From Laetmonice hystrix (Eukaryota): a stretch of DNA of 64,000 nt. Of this stretch, positions 61,644 through 64,000 are shown in pieces; within the stretch, counting starts at the first letter, position 1; every line of letters starts with the position of its first letter. Made by a program: the position numbers and the translations under genes. Under the pieces are notes generated by a model. The model searched no databases. It saw only the letters and a list, made by a program, of their open reading frames with translations, and had not been told where the DNA came from. The stretch lies in contig OZ249436.1 in the NCBI GenBank assembly GCA_965235115.1, forward strand, positions 17,610,001 through 17,674,000, written 5' to 3'.

Positions 61644-64000
61644 TCTAACTGAATCTAATTGATACGGCTCGAACCCTCTTTGAAACAGATCGAAATGGTC
61701 GCCGGATTGATTAGGTGTGGTAGGTTTACTGTACCTACCATATCTACCAGGGAAATGTTGCTTGCTAAACAAATGAGTTCCAAGCCGAAGTGCATGTTTC
61801 CACCATCTAGGTTGTGATTAAAGTGTTTTTGAGTTCAATTGGTGCCAATAATATAGTGATTAATGAACCCTCTCAGGTACTAAAGATAAAGCAACATCAG
61901 TCTGGTGTCATGTTAAAGGTTGTCACTAGAGGGCGTCCCTTACAGCGGGCTATTAATGACCTCATTCATTGATTCCAAGTGGTCACAAGGGAGTCAACAT
62001 CACAGCAGTGGTTAAACCCCCACCAGACAGCACATCAAACACCACACACGACTGTAAACTCGTATCACATCTAACGCTCAGCTGAGTGATGCTACGACTG
62101 GACTTGGCAAGTCAGGCAGGTTCTCTACCGTCTGGCTGGCCAGACTCTATAGTACAGTCGGCGGGCGCAGGCAATGCAGTATTTAGCATATACCGCACTC
62201 GTATTAATATCCGACATGCACCCGTGAGACTGAGGAAACATTTTAGAGACAGGTACATGCTTACCGTCCAACCCATCGAGTGTAAGGCGGTTTTTAGCGG
62301 TAATCGTGCCGTTATGTCAGATGGGGGGCCCCAGGGGAGCCGTTTAGTTCCGACATTATCCACCAGGTGTCAGGACTGGGGAGGGCCAATCACTGGAACT
62401 GCCACCAACTGTACATGAAGGCAGGGGCAGAGGGTAACTATACTAAATCCACTATTTGAATTAATTAAAAAAAATGGGAAGGTTGTGTGATTTTCCAAGG
62501 TAGATAGCAGGACTCTTACTCCACTGTGCTAGGGCGTCAGGTGTACCCCAATTCACTTTCAGAATGTCCGGAAAGAGGAATTTGTATAGCTTTCTGCTGG
62601 AATCACCCTGGCCTCAAGGTTCAGTACAGGTCGACTATAGGTCTAGGTGTTGTTTAGATTGGCCGCGGAGGCAGGGAGTATGACAACTAACATCGAGGCT
62701 ATGCTATTGTTAGATCATTTCCTCTGAAATTAACAAAATCTTGTATCAAAGACCCTTTTTTGATCGAACTGCTTGATTGCAAAAGAGTTGATATAAAATT
62801 CAATAATAATTAAAAAGCAAAAACGATTCCGTTTTTCTCTTTTATCAGAAGCCTTGCTGCGATCAAACTGCATGATCAACTGCAAAGGAATCTCTGTAAA
62901 ATTAAATAAAAGTTATTATAATAAAACTATAGAGACCATTCCGGGTAATCCCGGTATGTAGGTGACGGAGAACACAACCCGTACACTGTAGGACGCCCTC
63001 TGACGGTCAGGGTACCGGCCATAATAAATGACCTCGCTATGAGTCTGTCCAGAGGGACGGACGGGGGACCTTCTCCAGGCCCAGACTGGGGTCGTTTGAC
63101 CACAGGGTAGTCTCAAACTGACCTCACCATGTGAGCAGGCGCAGGCTCGCTTCCGGTAGATTCAGGGAATGCCCCCAGGTGGCGCTGTATGTTTGGCAAA
63201 AAAAAAGAAATCAAACCCAGATATTTTCGGGGCACGTGGTAGTTGCGCACATGACTTAGAATACGGCACCGCTCAGCTAAGCCCCAATGTGGTCAGTAGG
63301 AGAAATACAAATCCGCCCAAAATGATTAATTTTTATAACCACGGCCATGGACACATAGTAATCCGGGAAACCCCTTCATTCAGTCAGGTCGCACAGATTC
63401 CTGCAGCCATGGTCCCTAGTCGGTTCCGTATTACTTATTGAGTCTTTATGAAGCCGCCACGACCTCCTCAAGTTACTCTACATGCTTTCTATGAGAACAG
63501 TCTATTATATCTGCTTCACCTCCACGAACTCGTGGCTCGCCATCACAGCAAACGGCCACTTGCTCCATCACCTCCCGCCCCAACTGGCCGCCTCTGAAGA
63601 ACCTCATTCATTAGTGCTGCCTTTAATCAGAGAGAGTGGAGTCTGTCCAGGGAGGTGTGTGGCGGTGGCGGTGGCTGAGATCGAGTCCGACCAGCTGATT
63701 GGTTGATATCACTGAGGAGTTAGAGAGGGACGCGAGAGTTTGTCTCCATTCACGTCGGACGCCGGGTCCAGCGTTCGTCTGACCTCAGACTGGGGACGTC
63801 TCAACCCGCCCCGCGTCACACCGGGTAATAGACTGCGCTCGGGGGATACGGGAGGGCGGGGCAGGGGGCAGGGGGGCACTGGAGATTCCCGTTAATGGGG
63901 TTCTCCCACACAGCAGAGTTCAGGGTCCCACGACCGGAAGGGGCCGTAGACTCACTCACATCCGACCCACGTGAACCCCCATATCTGCGTTCATACATGG

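Overview
This is eukaryotic (metazoan, probably invertebrate) genomic DNA with spliceosomal introns; there is no sign of prokaryotic organisation or CRISPR. The first ~45 kb holds five protein-coding genes rebuilt from GT-AG junctions and reading frames: an ankyrin-repeat/SOCS-box (ASB) gene (+), an unrecognised multi-pass membrane protein gene (-), CENP-H (+), endosulfine ENSA/ARPP19 (-) and COG1 (+, ~26 exons). Four of them form two head-to-head pairs. The rest is rich in young non-autonomous DNA transposons with readable TIRs/TSDs, a 5'-truncated LINE nested in a MITE nested in a satellite, a SINE, several minisatellites and two tandem duplications. Most notable: (1) a duplicated endosulfine exon 2 that would give either a truncated isoform lacking the Greatwall FDSGDY site or an internally shortened one; (2) minisatellites that repeatedly sit exactly on splice sites of COG1 and CENP-H, creating arrays of decoy donors/acceptors, one fully in frame; (3) a gene-free 45-64 kb region with protein-like but stop-riddled frames that may be a decayed large mobile or viral element (unconfirmed). 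All coordinates were read by hand and may be off by a few bases.
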